Part shown: one piece after another, positions 30,069-39,578 of the stretch
Numbering within the stretch: position 1 is the first letter of the stretch
How the letters are laid out: every line of letters starts with the position of its first letter
From: an uncultured bacterium
GTDB taxonomy: Bacteria > Fidelibacterota > Marinisomatia > SCGC-AAA003-L08 > JACNLC01
Length of the DNA stretch: 64,000 nt
Assembly: GCA_964527215.1 (NCBI GenBank)
Contig: CAZGNZ010000012.1
Location: 1,025 to 65,024, forward strand
Reading direction: 5' to 3'
The notes under the pieces: model-generated
Databases searched by the model: none
Told to the model about the DNA's origin: nothing
Seen by the model: only the letters and a program-made list of their open reading frames with translations
Translations under genes and position numbers: made by a program

Positions 30069-32327
30069 ATGAAACACTCCATTATTTATCTGCTGTTCCC
30101 AGTCATACTTCTTGTTGGAGTAGGGGTTTGTTCAGATACCATCGATCAATATTCTGGTCAATACGAAAATCAGATACATGCTTTGATCGATCAGATGACG
30201 CTGGATGAAAAAGTCGGACAGCTCGCACAGCTCAATTTGTGGTCCAGAAACAGTGATATGGAACTGCTGACTGCCGAAATTCGGGATGGCGGGATTGGAT
30301 CATTCATGAATGCCGGTGACCGCTCCGTCAAGCGGACCCTTCAGAAAGCAGCAGTGGAGGAAACCCGTCTGGGAATTCCGATTCTTTTCGGTCGGGACGT
30401 CATTCATGGGTATCGAACCATATTTCCCATTCCGCTGGGGCAGGCGGCCAGCTGGAATCCGGAATTGATTCGGGAAGCCAACGCAGTTGCGGCTGCAGAG
30501 GCTTATCAGATGGGAATCCACTTAACTTTCGCACCGATGATGGATTTGACCAGAGACCCGCGCTGGGGAAGGATTGCAGAATCACCCGGCGAGGATCCGT
30601 ATCTGGGATCACAAATTGCCGTTGCCATGGTTCAGGGTTTTCAGGGAACCGATTTGAGTGCCCCCGGAACCATCGCTGCCTGTGCAAAGCATTATGTGGG
30701 ATACGGGGCAGCAGAAGGGGGACGGGATTATAACACAACCATCATCTCGGACAATGAACTGCGGAATATTTACCTCAGGCCGTTCCATGCGTCTGTTGAG
30801 AACGGTGTCGCATCAGTCATGTCGGCCTTTAATGATCTGAACGGTGTGCCGACATCCGGAAATCCATATACCCTCAGAACGATACTTCGGGATGAATGGC
30901 AGTTTGACGGTTTTGTCATCAGTGACTGGGAAAGTGTGACGGAAATGATTGACCACGGTTTCTGTGCCGATGAACGAGAAGCCGCCCTGAAAGGATTCAA
31001 AGCCGGTGTCGATATGGAGATGGTTTCGGAATCCTATCTGGAGTATTTACCTGACTTAATTTCCGAGGGACTGGTTGACATGAGCATGCTGGATGAAGCA
31101 GTTGCAAATATCCTGCGTATAAAATTCCGGCTCGGGCTGTTTGAAAATCCGTATCCGCCGAAGGACGATTCGTCCATCCTTCTGAACGAAGAGCATCTTT
31201 CCGTTGCGCGGAAGCTTGCCGCGGAGAGTATTGTCCTGCTTAAGAATGATGAAAATACTTTGCCGCTGAGGGATATTCGAAGACTTGCGGTTATCGGTCC
31301 TTTGGCCGACAGTCCTCAGGACCAGCTTGGCTGCTGGTCAATGGATGGTGATGCCGGAGATTCTGTCACGCCGCTGGCGGCTGTCAGGGATATGCTGTCA
31401 GATGATGCGGAGATTGTGTACCAAAAGGGGCTTCCTGAAGCCCGGTCGAACGAAACCAGCCTGTTTCCGGGTGCTGTGGAGGCTGCAGCCAATTCCGATG
31501 CTGCTTTGCTGTTTCTGGGTGAGAACGAGTTCATGTCGGGAGAATCCCGCTGCCGGGCATTCCTGGATTTGCCTGGCGCACAGGAAGATTTGATCAAGGC
31601 TGTGGCGGAAACGGGAACGCCCGTAATTCTGGTCATTTTCGCCGGGCGACCACTGACCTTTTCAAGTATTCTGCCCTATGTGGATGCGGTGCTGTACGCC
31701 TGGCAGCCCGGAACGATGGGCGGACCGGCACTGGTGGATGTCATCACAGGAAAAACGGTACCCGCCGGGAAGCTGCCTGTGACGTTTCCGCGGTCAGTGG
31801 GGCAGATTCCCCTGTATTACAATCACCGCTCTACAGGACGTCCGCCGTTTGACGAGATGCTGGGAATCCCTCTGGGCACACCGGAAGATCCCAAAGATTA
31901 TGTCTCCTACTATTTGGATGCGGATTTTACGCCGCAGTATCCTTTCGGATACGGATTATCGTACACCACGTTTAAGTATGCTGATCTGAAAATCTCTAAT
32001 CCCGAGTTGACGGCGGGGGACATTCTGGAAGTCCGGGTGAAAGTGGAAAACACCGGACGGTTCGATGCGGAGGAAATCGTTCAGCTCTATATTCAGGATC
32101 GGTTTGCAAGTATCACGCGTCCGGTCAAAGAGCTGAAGGGATTCCTGAAAATTGCAATACCTGCCGGAGAATCGCGACAGGCAGCATTCAATCTCACTGC
32201 AGATGATCTGGGTTTCTGGAACAATGATCGTCAGTTTGTAACTGAGCCTGGAGAATTCAAAGTGATGGTGGGCGGCTCATCGGCAGACCATGATCTGCTG
32301 ACTGCAGACTTTCTTCTGAAAGATTAG
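30069..32327 (+). CDS. glycoside hydrolase family 3 beta-glucosidase (BglX-like)
   Basis: GRDVIHGYRTIFPIPLGQAASWN, KHYVGYG, and GFVISDW (nucleophile Asp), plus a C-terminal FnIII-like domain. Confidence 0.9.
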   Translation: MKHSIIYLLFPVILLVGVGVCSDTIDQYSGQYENQIHALIDQMTLDEKVGQLAQLNLWSRNSDMELLTAEIRDGGIGSFMNAGDRSVKRTLQKAAVEETRLGIPILFGRDVIHGYRTIFPIPLGQAASWNPELIREANAVAAAEAYQMGIHLTFAPMMDLTRDPRWGRIAESPGEDPYLGSQIAVAMVQGFQGTDLSAPGTIAACAKHYVGYGAAEGGRDYNTTIISDNELRNIYLRPFHASVENGVASVMSAFNDLNGVPTSGNPYTLRTILRDEWQFDGFVISDWESVTEMIDHGFCADEREAALKGFKAGVDMEMVSESYLEYLPDLISEGLVDMSMLDEAVANILRIKFRLGLFENPYPPKDDSSILLNEEHLSVARKLAAESIVLLKNDENTLPLRDIRRLAVIGPLADSPQDQLGCWSMDGDAGDSVTPLAAVRDMLSDDAEIVYQKGLPEARSNETSLFPGAVEAAANSDAALLFLGENEFMSGESRCRAFLDLPGAQEDLIKAVAETGTPVILVIFAGRPLTFSSILPYVDAVLYAWQPGTMGGPALVDVITGKTVPAGKLPVTFPRSVGQIPLYYNHRSTGRPPFDEMLGIPLGTPEDPKDYVSYYLDADFTPQYPFGYGLSYTTFKYADLKISNPELTAGDILEVRVKVENTGRFDAEEIVQLYIQDRFASITRPVKELKGFLKIAIPAGESRQAAFNLTADDLGFWNNDRQFVTEPGEFKVMVGGSSADHDLLTADFLLKD

Positions 32328-32346
32328 TGGTCTGGGAGGGACCGGC

Positions 32347-33477
32347 TTAAAATCGCTGGTCTCCGGCATATCTTTGATTCAAATCAGCATAAGACCTGAT
32401 GCGGATCAGGTATTCATCCAATGACTGCGGCGGCGCGATCCAATCCGGATCGGGATATTGTTCGATGACGGACTGCCAGCTTCGACCGGTATAGAAATCC
32501 TCATCCACCGTGCACCCTTTCAGCTGATGGACAGGTGCAAGAAAAATATATCCGTCGAACAGCTGTTCCAGTGTGAAATCCGGGTGGCAGACACTGTAGC
32601 TGCTGTGATCTTCCAACCTGCCCATAGGGGTATCGATAAGGTCGAAACCGCATGGGGTGTTTCCGTGTAATTCCATAATCATTTCCAGCTTTCCGTCTCC
32701 CGGTGTTGCTGCGATGGGATTCCCGCCAAAGGGCATGTGAAGCATCATGCTGAAAACATTCTCCGGGTACAAATTCAAAAGACGATTGCCCAGCCATCCG
32801 TCATCATAGGCACAGAAGTTATCGCTGTTCGGCTGCAGAAATCCCGTCTCATACCGAGCAAATGCATGAACAAGTCCCACCAGCAGCAGAATTTTTTCAG
32901 ATTTTTGAATAACTTCTTTTGAAACGATTTCCGACCTGTACTTGTCCGGTGTGCCTTTATAAAAAGTCGCCGCCATGCTCTCAGGTGTCCGGAATGTGCC
33001 AAATCGTTCCCATCGGTACTGGTAGCTCAGATTTACAACTCTGAACAACGGAGCTCCCACCGGAAGTGAGTGATTGAAATTCCAGACCTTTTCATAAACA
33101 TCCATATACTCCTGATAGGGCCAGCCCACATTGTAGAAAAACATCATGTCCCTTGCCAGCTGCGGGGAATACTCCGGAGCTGACAGGAGTGAGTCCAGTT
33201 TGGGCTGCATCTCGCTTGCGCCGAACTCCATCCCGAGGTTACGGACGCCGCATTCATAAAGGTCCGGTATCAGATCGGTGACAAACACCAGATTGTTTCT
33301 GACGGCATGATCTTCACCCAGCAGAATGATATCGTACTTGTCAAATTTCTCCAAAACATAATCCTGGGGCGGTTTTCCGGATGTCTGCAGGAATTCAAGT
33401 GCGCTGTCAAATTCTGCCGACCGGCTGCCGTTTATTAAGATCAGTACAAGTAATGTCTGTAGAATGTGCTTCCCCAT
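32347..33477 (-). CDS. secreted protein of unknown function (possibly ChaN/Tiki-like, GExH motif)
   Basis: Signal peptide. DIILLGEDHAV resembles the GExH motif of ChaN/erythromycin-esterase/Tiki-like proteins. The family assignment is weak. Confidence 0.55.
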   Translation of the reverse strand: MGKHILQTLLVLILINGSRSAEFDSALEFLQTSGKPPQDYVLEKFDKYDIILLGEDHAVRNNLVFVTDLIPDLYECGVRNLGMEFGASEMQPKLDSLLSAPEYSPQLARDMMFFYNVGWPYQEYMDVYEKVWNFNHSLPVGAPLFRVVNLSYQYRWERFGTFRTPESMAATFYKGTPDKYRSEIVSKEVIQKSEKILLLVGLVHAFARYETGFLQPNSDNFCAYDDGWLGNRLLNLYPENVFSMMLHMPFGGNPIAATPGDGKLEMIMELHGNTPCGFDLIDTPMGRLEDHSSYSVCHPDFTLEQLFDGYIFLAPVHQLKGCTVDEDFYTGRSWQSVIEQYPDPDWIAPPQSLDEYLIRIRSYADLNQRYAGDQRF

Positions 33478-34036
33478 TTTTATATCTCCTTTTTGATCCG
33501 GCAGTAATGTCTGACAAATCCAATTTGATCAATCATCAATTTCAGTAAGGCCTAATAGGGATGATGGTGTGTTGATTGTGTGATTCTGCGGCCAATCTCC
33601 GGATTCTGTCAGATCATGGTGTGCAAATTTATGAAACGATCCGGATTCAACGGCAGTGGAACTCTGCTCGGAGGATCTCTGTCCCATCTGTTTTTTTTTC
33701 AGCAGTTTCCGATTTTGTATGTGATCCGCTATAAACTGACTTTACAGCAGCTGTAAACCGGATTGCTGTTTTTATCTGGACAAATCAGCGGAGCGAAAGG
33801 CAGTGAATTTTCTAAAGGGCAGTATTTTATGTAGTTAAAAGGAATTTCAGTTTAGGAATTGTAGATGGAATAGTTTTTGGATAAGATATCATCACTATTG
33901 TTAATCAATCTGAAATCCCCGGCCGGCTCAAAAAAAGGCAAGTTGGTATCAATTTGAATCCAACAGGCAATTGTACAATAATCTGAAATAGTAGAATAGT
34001 AAAACGAGTTTACAAATACAACGAGGAGATAAATCC

Positions 34037-35536
34037 ATGATTAAAAAGGCACCATTGTTTTTCACTATCCTGTGCATTACGATGAGTTTGATTTCAAGCC
34101 AGGATATCACTTCTGTCGGGAATCCGTATTCAGAAGAATCTTATGCTGAACAGATGGTTCAACTTTTTTTCCCCCGGATTGGTGAACAGGATCCTGAGGC
34201 ACTGTTCGAAGCGGATTATGTCACTACCGCAGAGAATATCGATCGCAATATTGTTTACAGTATTGATAACCCGGAAGACAGTCCCATCTGGTTTCGGAGT
34301 GCGGAACTGCTCATCATTGCCAAAGCTCCGATGGATGAATTGCTTCGGTGGAATCTGTACGGCACCGGGCTGGAAATTGTTGATGCTCCCGACGGCTCAA
34401 TGAACATCAGTGACGTTCAGGCGGACACACCGATCCTGGACCGGGATACAAAGGTCAGAGTGAAAAATCCGTTCTGGATCTGGTGGGACGAGGATGTCGT
34501 CGACATCGATTATGATTACAAAGCCATCATGACGGCCCATCAGGAAGATCACGATTTTCGGGATGTTTACATCACTCGCGAGGAATTTTTTGACAAGAGA
34601 ATTACGGTGCGGGCGGGGTACACGTATATCGTGGTTCGGGCGGATGACACTGCTTTGAAAAATGATATATATGCCAATATAGCGGGAAAGACCGGACGAC
34701 GGTACTCTGCGTCATCAAATATCGTGGAATGGTTGGACTATCCCGAGCCCATCATTATGCACAGCTGTCAGCCGCTGGTGAATGTAATCGCCAATATCAA
34801 TACCCGGAGTGTTTCCGATAATCGATCCGGTTCAGAGAATGTCAACAGCAATCACGATTCATTGAGGATCGAACTGGAAGGGAACATTATTAATGCGGGA
34901 CGCAGATCAGTATCATCCGATTTTCTGGTGATGCATTTTCAATACGGTGACGACAATCTTGATAAAATCATGACCTATTCTGAGCTTCTTGGGCAAACCA
35001 TTGAGATCAAGGCATGTGAAAGAAGTGAGTTCAAATACAAGGACCTTACTATTTTTAATCCATACTTTGTTCCGGATTCGGAAGGGATCTGCGGGAAAAG
35101 TATTGATCTGTTTATGGCGCTGCCCAATGTGGGAGACAGGGTGCGTATTGATCAGCAGTTTGTGCAAACGAATGCGGTGTTTACAATCAATTCCAGAGGG
35201 ATCTATGGGAATGCATGGGTTTATGCAACACTTGAGATAGAAGACGAGGGAAACTGGTTTGTCAATGTAACCAATATTAAAAAAACTGGAAATCTTTTTA
35301 TCTCGGAAATATCACCGCTGAGTGCAATACAAAAGCATACACTGCCCATTGAATTTACTGACCACGGTGAGATTAAGCTTCTGAGATCTCCCAGTTGGAA
35401 AGATTCAAAAAATGTCTGGGTGTTGAATTCGGACCGTTCAAATCGTTTTGAATTATCTACTTATGCAAAACTGAGTACTGAAACCAATTTGGAACTTCCG
35501 GACAAAATCATGACTCGTGTCGTAGAGAACTTCTGA
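34037..35536 (+). CDS. secreted protein, function unknown
   Basis: 499-aa ORF. GGAGATAAATCC precedes the ATG. Signal peptide LFFTILCITMSLISSQ. I recognise no motif. Confidence 0.6.
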   Translation: MIKKAPLFFTILCITMSLISSQDITSVGNPYSEESYAEQMVQLFFPRIGEQDPEALFEADYVTTAENIDRNIVYSIDNPEDSPIWFRSAELLIIAKAPMDELLRWNLYGTGLEIVDAPDGSMNISDVQADTPILDRDTKVRVKNPFWIWWDEDVVDIDYDYKAIMTAHQEDHDFRDVYITREEFFDKRITVRAGYTYIVVRADDTALKNDIYANIAGKTGRRYSASSNIVEWLDYPEPIIMHSCQPLVNVIANINTRSVSDNRSGSENVNSNHDSLRIELEGNIINAGRRSVSSDFLVMHFQYGDDNLDKIMTYSELLGQTIEIKACERSEFKYKDLTIFNPYFVPDSEGICGKSIDLFMALPNVGDRVRIDQQFVQTNAVFTINSRGIYGNAWVYATLEIEDEGNWFVNVTNIKKTGNLFISEISPLSAIQKHTLPIEFTDHGEIKLLRSPSWKDSKNVWVLNSDRSNRFELSTYAKLSTETNLELPDKIMTRVVENF

Positions 35537-35608
35537 TTGAAATTGTTTCAGAAGAGGATCCTTCGTTGGACAGGATGCTCTTCAATAAACCACCTTTTTG
35601 AGGAATCA

Positions 35609-36667
35609 ATGAGACAAAAAATGATTTCAGGAATAATTTTTCTGCTGCCGATTTTCGCATTTATTTTTCCACAGAAAATGGTCAAATATCACATTGGCAG
35701 GGATTATCACAGGGATATATTAATTACCAGTCAGGAAGATGTTGCAGCAAACGAGGTAATCCTGTTGTTTACAAATGTGATTACAAGTCATTCCCGAGTT
35801 CATGATTTCAAGTGCAGATTCATATTACCTCCCAACATCGAATTGTACAAGGAATTATTGCTGCCTGATGGAGAAAGCTATTCAAATTGGTACAAGGAAC
35901 TACCGGAATTTGACTGGGAGGAGACGAATATTCGGGAGAAACTGGAATGCTGGCGAGATACTGAAGAAGGAGAATGTGACTGTGTTATTCTAAATCAAAT
36001 GCAGGAAACGTTTGCGTGGCCGGTACTAGACTATTCGATACCCGTTGGGGAATCCCGGTTGATGATGTTCAATGTGGTGCCGCGGTATGCGGGGGTTGGA
36101 CGAATTCAGGCGGAGATCACCTGGCGGGATGATGACGGCCGCATTCAAACCGTGGTTGAAGAGAGCGGTCTGATCACAACCACGGTTCCCGAGTGTATTC
36201 CCTGTCCGTCAGTCTGGGCCATCGGTTTCGGTGCTGGCATGGGCATTCCTATTGGTTATGACGGGTACTACAAGAACGGGCTTTCCGGCGGGTTCGAGAT
36301 CAAGCGTATGGGTTTTCCGTGGAGAAGGACCAGTCTGGGACTCAAACTGTGCTATAACCAGCTGAATGAGGATGAAAAGCCCAATCTGATCACAAGAGCT
36401 GGGTTGCTTACTCTGGAATATGAACTGCTGGAGTTTCTGGCTCCCGTGATTGCGGCCGGATATTTCAATCAGGATCGGGAAGATGAAGAGGACGCCCTGA
36501 GCACCTTCGGCGGGATGGCCGGATTGAATGTGTACATCCCGCTGACGAATACAGCCCGAATTCAGGTGCATGGAAATGTGTTCGGCATTGATGGGAATGT
36601 GAACGCCGATTCGGATGCCAACCAGCTGATTGGAAATATCAGTCTGGGACTGGAAGTGAAGTTGTAG
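35609..36667 (+). CDS. outer-membrane protein: unknown N-terminal domain + C-terminal small beta-barrel
   Basis: ATG 35609 after AGGAA. Signal/TM segment ISGIIFLLPIFAFIF. The last ~150 aa show an alternating Gly/aromatic beta-strand pattern (OmpX/OmpA-barrel-like). The ORF track start at 35537 abuts the upstream stop. Confidence 0.55.
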   Translation: MRQKMISGIIFLLPIFAFIFPQKMVKYHIGRDYHRDILITSQEDVAANEVILLFTNVITSHSRVHDFKCRFILPPNIELYKELLLPDGESYSNWYKELPEFDWEETNIREKLECWRDTEEGECDCVILNQMQETFAWPVLDYSIPVGESRLMMFNVVPRYAGVGRIQAEITWRDDDGRIQTVVEESGLITTTVPECIPCPSVWAIGFGAGMGIPIGYDGYYKNGLSGGFEIKRMGFPWRRTSLGLKLCYNQLNEDEKPNLITRAGLLTLEYELLEFLAPVIAAGYFNQDREDEEDALSTFGGMAGLNVYIPLTNTARIQVHGNVFGIDGNVNADSDANQLIGNISLGLEVKL

Positions 36668-36756
36668 GAGTCAGCTGCTGACGCGCTTAGGTGCACAAAT
36701 TCAGCGGTTGATCTTGTACATCTCCTGGCGAAAATGCATTGGTGAACAACAGGAGA

Positions 36757-36785
36757 AAAAGCCCTCGCATGCCGGGGGCTTTTTG
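36757..36785 (+). terminator. rho-independent terminator
   Basis: AAAAGCCCTCG-CATG-CCGGGGGCTTTTT hairpin about 90 nt after the 36667 stop. Confidence 0.65.
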
Positions 36786-36953
36786 CAATGATGAGAATTG
36801 CATTTTGGTGATACTCAGTCTTATGAGAATCAACAGATTATCATACCGATAAAAACCAGATTGGAAATTAATAATTTGTTGTTTCGGGTCAACTGATTTA
36901 TCTAAAATTACTGCTCTGCTGCGAAGAATAGATAATGAGTTTGCAGCGTCTTT

Positions 36954-37042
36954 GGAGAGTTCGCATAATGGTATTGCAGCGGATTGCTAATCCGCCGGGC
37001 CAAATTCGGCCTGTGAGGGTTCGAGTCCCTTGCTCTCCGCCA
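36954..37042 (+). tRNA. tRNA-Ser (anticodon GCT), CCA encoded
   Basis: Acceptor GGAGAGT/GCTCTCC, 3-bp D stem GCA/TGC, anticodon stem GCGGA/TCCGC with loop TTGCTAA, long variable arm CGGGCCAAATTCGGCCTGT, T arm GAGGG-TTCGAGT-CCCTT, then G-CCA. Confidence 0.88.
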
Positions 37043-37047
37043 TACGA

Positions 37048-37082
37048 AAATGCCCTTCGATGAATTTCGAGGGGCATTTTTC
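37048..37082 (+). terminator. rho-independent terminator after tRNA-Ser
   Basis: AAATGCCCTTCGA-TGAATT-TCGAGGGGCATTT followed by TTC. Confidence 0.8.
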
Positions 37083-37212
37083 TATATAACTGTATTCACA
37101 GTTACTTACAAGGTAATCCACTTGGTTCATATTTGGAAATGTTTCCAGCCAGAATCCCTATTTTCCCTGTAAATGGGCACATATTGGGCACTGTTTTTCG
37201 CGAGAGTGTCTA

Positions 37213-37407
37213 CTATTTTAACCATTTTTCAATGTCAGACTTGATGTACCGAATTGTCCCATTAATCTTCTTATGAGGTATTTTCCCCTCACTTGCCCAG
37301 TTTTGGATTGTCTTACGAGTCATCTGTAAATAGTTTGCTACTTGCTGGGCAGTCATCACATCAGGATATAGTTGGTTTCGATCGACTAGCTTAGACTCAA
37401 TCCTCAT
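37213..37407 (-). CDS. excisionase-family / MerR-like helix-turn-helix DNA-binding protein
   Basis: 64 aa. MTAQQVANYLQMTRKTIQNWASEGKIPHKKINGTIRYIKSDIEKWL fits the HTH_17/Xis-type pattern. Confidence 0.7.
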   Translation of the reverse strand: MRIESKLVDRNQLYPDVMTAQQVANYLQMTRKTIQNWASEGKIPHKKINGTIRYIKSDIEKWLK

Positions 37408-37519
37408 CTTATCTAGAAAGTACTTTCACCATTCAAGGCTTTCTAAATTCTAGTCAAGTCCTAAATGTTGGTGTAAAATAAATCCTTCCTTGCATTGATG
37501 TTTTTATTAAGATTAAGAT

Positions 37520-38470
37520 TCAAACCCAGACACTTTTCATTTCTCTTCTTTCGACAAGGGATGCATCCCGCAATTCCTGATAAAATTGCTTCATCTGCTT
37601 ATAATTGCCTAATCCCTTAATGACATATTGTCCCGGTTTAGCTCTAATTAATTGTTCCATTAAAGTAGCCCTAATACACACTTTAGCGTCTGAAGTTAGA
37701 ATATTGAGTGGACCTCGTTTTAATGAAACCTCTTGTATTTGGTATAACCATATTGATATTTCTTTTCTAAAAAGTATTCCTGTTTTTAAATCAATTCGGC
37801 GCTGATATATTGAATACTTTGTGGTTCTTGACTTTATAAATGTAATTATTAGTGCAATTATAAAATAGATTGCCAACGCTACTAAACTTCCTTCATCAAA
37901 ATAGTGAAAAAAACGTCTTTCTGGAATTTCACTTATGAAAAAGAGGCCAATCAGCATAATTGATAAGAACCATCCAATTAATGATCTTAATCTTGGGTGC
38001 TTTGATATAAGTAAGTCTCCAGCGATTTTTTTCTTTGAATCAAATGTGCCATTTTCTTGAATGGTTTTTGCAAGTGACCTATCATTTGGTGAAGTTTCTC
38101 CCAAATCTTGTGCTTCTTTTGGTGCAATTTTATTGATTTTTTCTAGTGCTTCACTGAAGTTGGGATTTATTAATAAAGCAATCCGATAGTGTTTTAATGC
38201 TTCCTTAATATTGTTGTTTTGTTCATGGACAAGTCCCAAATAATAATTTGAGAAATGGTCATCTACATTGAGTGATATTGCTTTTCTAAAATATTTAGCC
38301 GCCGATTCAGTTTTTTTTGTTCTAAAATGACCCACCCCTAACAAAAAGTAAGCGTGCGATACTTCATGATTAATATTTATTATATTTTCAAGAATATCAA
38401 TTGCCTCCTGTATCTTCCCAGATTCTAATAATTTTGAAGCTTCAGTTAACTTTTTTTGTACAGTATTCAT
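37520..38470 (-). CDS. TPR-repeat + transmembrane + bacterial PH (bPH_2/YdbT-like) domain protein
   Basis: N-terminal TPR-like helices (AYFLLGVGHF..., NYYLGLVHEQ..., ALKHYRIALLINPNF). Two TM segments. C-terminal YSIYQRRIDLKTGILFRKEISIWLYQIQEVSLKRGPLN resembles bPH_2. Confidence 0.6.
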   Translation of the reverse strand: MNTVQKKLTEASKLLESGKIQEAIDILENIININHEVSHAYFLLGVGHFRTKKTESAAKYFRKAISLNVDDHFSNYYLGLVHEQNNNIKEALKHYRIALLINPNFSEALEKINKIAPKEAQDLGETSPNDRSLAKTIQENGTFDSKKKIAGDLLISKHPRLRSLIGWFLSIMLIGLFFISEIPERRFFHYFDEGSLVALAIYFIIALIITFIKSRTTKYSIYQRRIDLKTGILFRKEISIWLYQIQEVSLKRGPLNILTSDAKVCIRATLMEQLIRAKPGQYVIKGLGNYKQMKQFYQELRDASLVERREMKSVWV

Positions 38471-38522
38471 ATTATTAACTCCATAAGAAATGACGTAAGC
38501 ATAATTATCCTTACGTTATGAC

Positions 38523-39251
38523 TCAATTTCCATGTACATTGGGTGGTGATTCTGTATTATCTGCCTCGTGAGTAATTCCACCGCCTACACCACCATCTGA
38601 TGCATCGTTATCCATGTTCGTTTTTGTCATATCCAGTTCCCCATCTGCTTTTTCTACTCCTTCAGGAGCATATGCCGATGTTTCCTCACCATCTGATACA
38701 TCGTTATCCATGTTTGTTTTTGTCATATCCAGCTCCCCATCTGCTTTTTCTACTCCTTCAGGAGCATCTTCCGATGTTTCCTCACCATCTGATGCATCGT
38801 TATCCATGTTTGTTTTTGTTATATCCAGCTCCCCGTCCGCTTTTTCTATTCCTTCAGGAACATCTACCGATGCTTCCTCACCATCTGATACATCGTTATC
38901 CATGTTCGTTTTTGTCATATCCAGCTCCCCGTCTGCTTTTTCTACTCCTTCAGGAGCATTAGTGGGGGTCCCTTCACTTATTTCATTCTGATGACGGTCT
39001 TCACCTATTATTGTTGAAGATCCATTTTTTAATGGTGTTTTAAAATTTCGCAGTTCTTGGGTCCCAACAGCAATGTCTTTAACATGTCCCCAATTTTGAA
39101 TCTTATGTTGAGCATACCAAGAAAGGGAGATAGGGCCTACCCACAACGGAGATATAATCGTTAATCCTATCCTAATAGCCTTTGGAATTGATGGACTCCA
39201 ATTCATTGGTATTGATCTGTATATTATAGTTTTTTTGACATTGTCTGGCAT
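38523..39251 (-). CDS. membrane-anchored acidic tandem-repeat protein
   Basis: N-terminal hydrophobic segment, then ~3.8 copies of the 32-aa unit APEGVEKADGELDMTKTNMDNDVSDGEETS... Confidence 0.6.
   Translation of the reverse strand: MPDNVKKTIIYRSIPMNWSPSIPKAIRIGLTIISPLWVGPISLSWYAQHKIQNWGHVKDIAVGTQELRNFKTPLKNGSSTIIGEDRHQNEISEGTPTNAPEGVEKADGELDMTKTNMDNDVSDGEEASVDVPEGIEKADGELDITKTNMDNDASDGEETSEDAPEGVEKADGELDMTKTNMDNDVSDGEETSAYAPEGVEKADGELDMTKTNMDNDASDGGVGGGITHEADNTESPPNVHGN
38593..38960 (-). repeat. 96-nt tandem repeat, ~3.8 copies, in frame within the 242-aa ORF
   Basis: The unit CCATCTGATGCATCGTTATCCATGTT...TTCCTCA recurs head-to-tail with only a few substitutions per copy. Confidence 0.85.
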
Positions 39252-39578
39252 TTAATTAACTCCAATTCCTTATCTAATAGGTACAATTAATTTTTCCATC
39301 ACAAGTGTATATTTGAATCAGATATGCTTAAATACTATGCTCCATCGACTCACATTCTGAATCAAATAACACTTTGTGCATTATCTATATTTGAGATCGA
39401 AATTATTGAATTGGAAATTTATTGTAGATATCGGAAAGACAATTGTCTTAGAAGTTATCGGCCCCAGCTTCGGTTCGGCACACAATCGTGACTTGTGTTA
39501 TTTTATCTAATTTCGACAATAAAATATACAACACATTGATGATTGAGAAAAGGCAGGACCAAACCTAGACGCATTCAC

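Larger units (their letters stand above)
37090..39540. mobile_element. AT-rich tRNA-Ser-adjacent island (possible integrative-element remnant; no integrase present)
   Basis: Composition turns visibly AT-rich directly 3' of tRNA-Ser(GCT). The island has three minus-strand genes, including an excisionase-like HTH protein. Normal composition resumes at the DEAD-box helicase gene. I found no att direct repeat and no recombinase. Confidence 0.35.

Noticed and set aside
38593-38960. A regular 96-nt periodic repeat that could at first glance be taken for a CRISPR-like array
   Set aside because: The units are contiguous with no unique spacers. They are in frame within a 242-aa ORF, and no cas genes are nearby. 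This is a coding tandem repeat.
37043-39578. Search for an attL/attR direct repeat of the tRNA-Ser 3' end, to define an integrated element
   Set aside because: No copy of the tRNA 3' segment (GAGTCCCTTGCTCTCCGCCA or parts of 10 nt or more) was found at the far edge of the AT-rich block. No integrase gene is present. Only a low-confidence island call is made.
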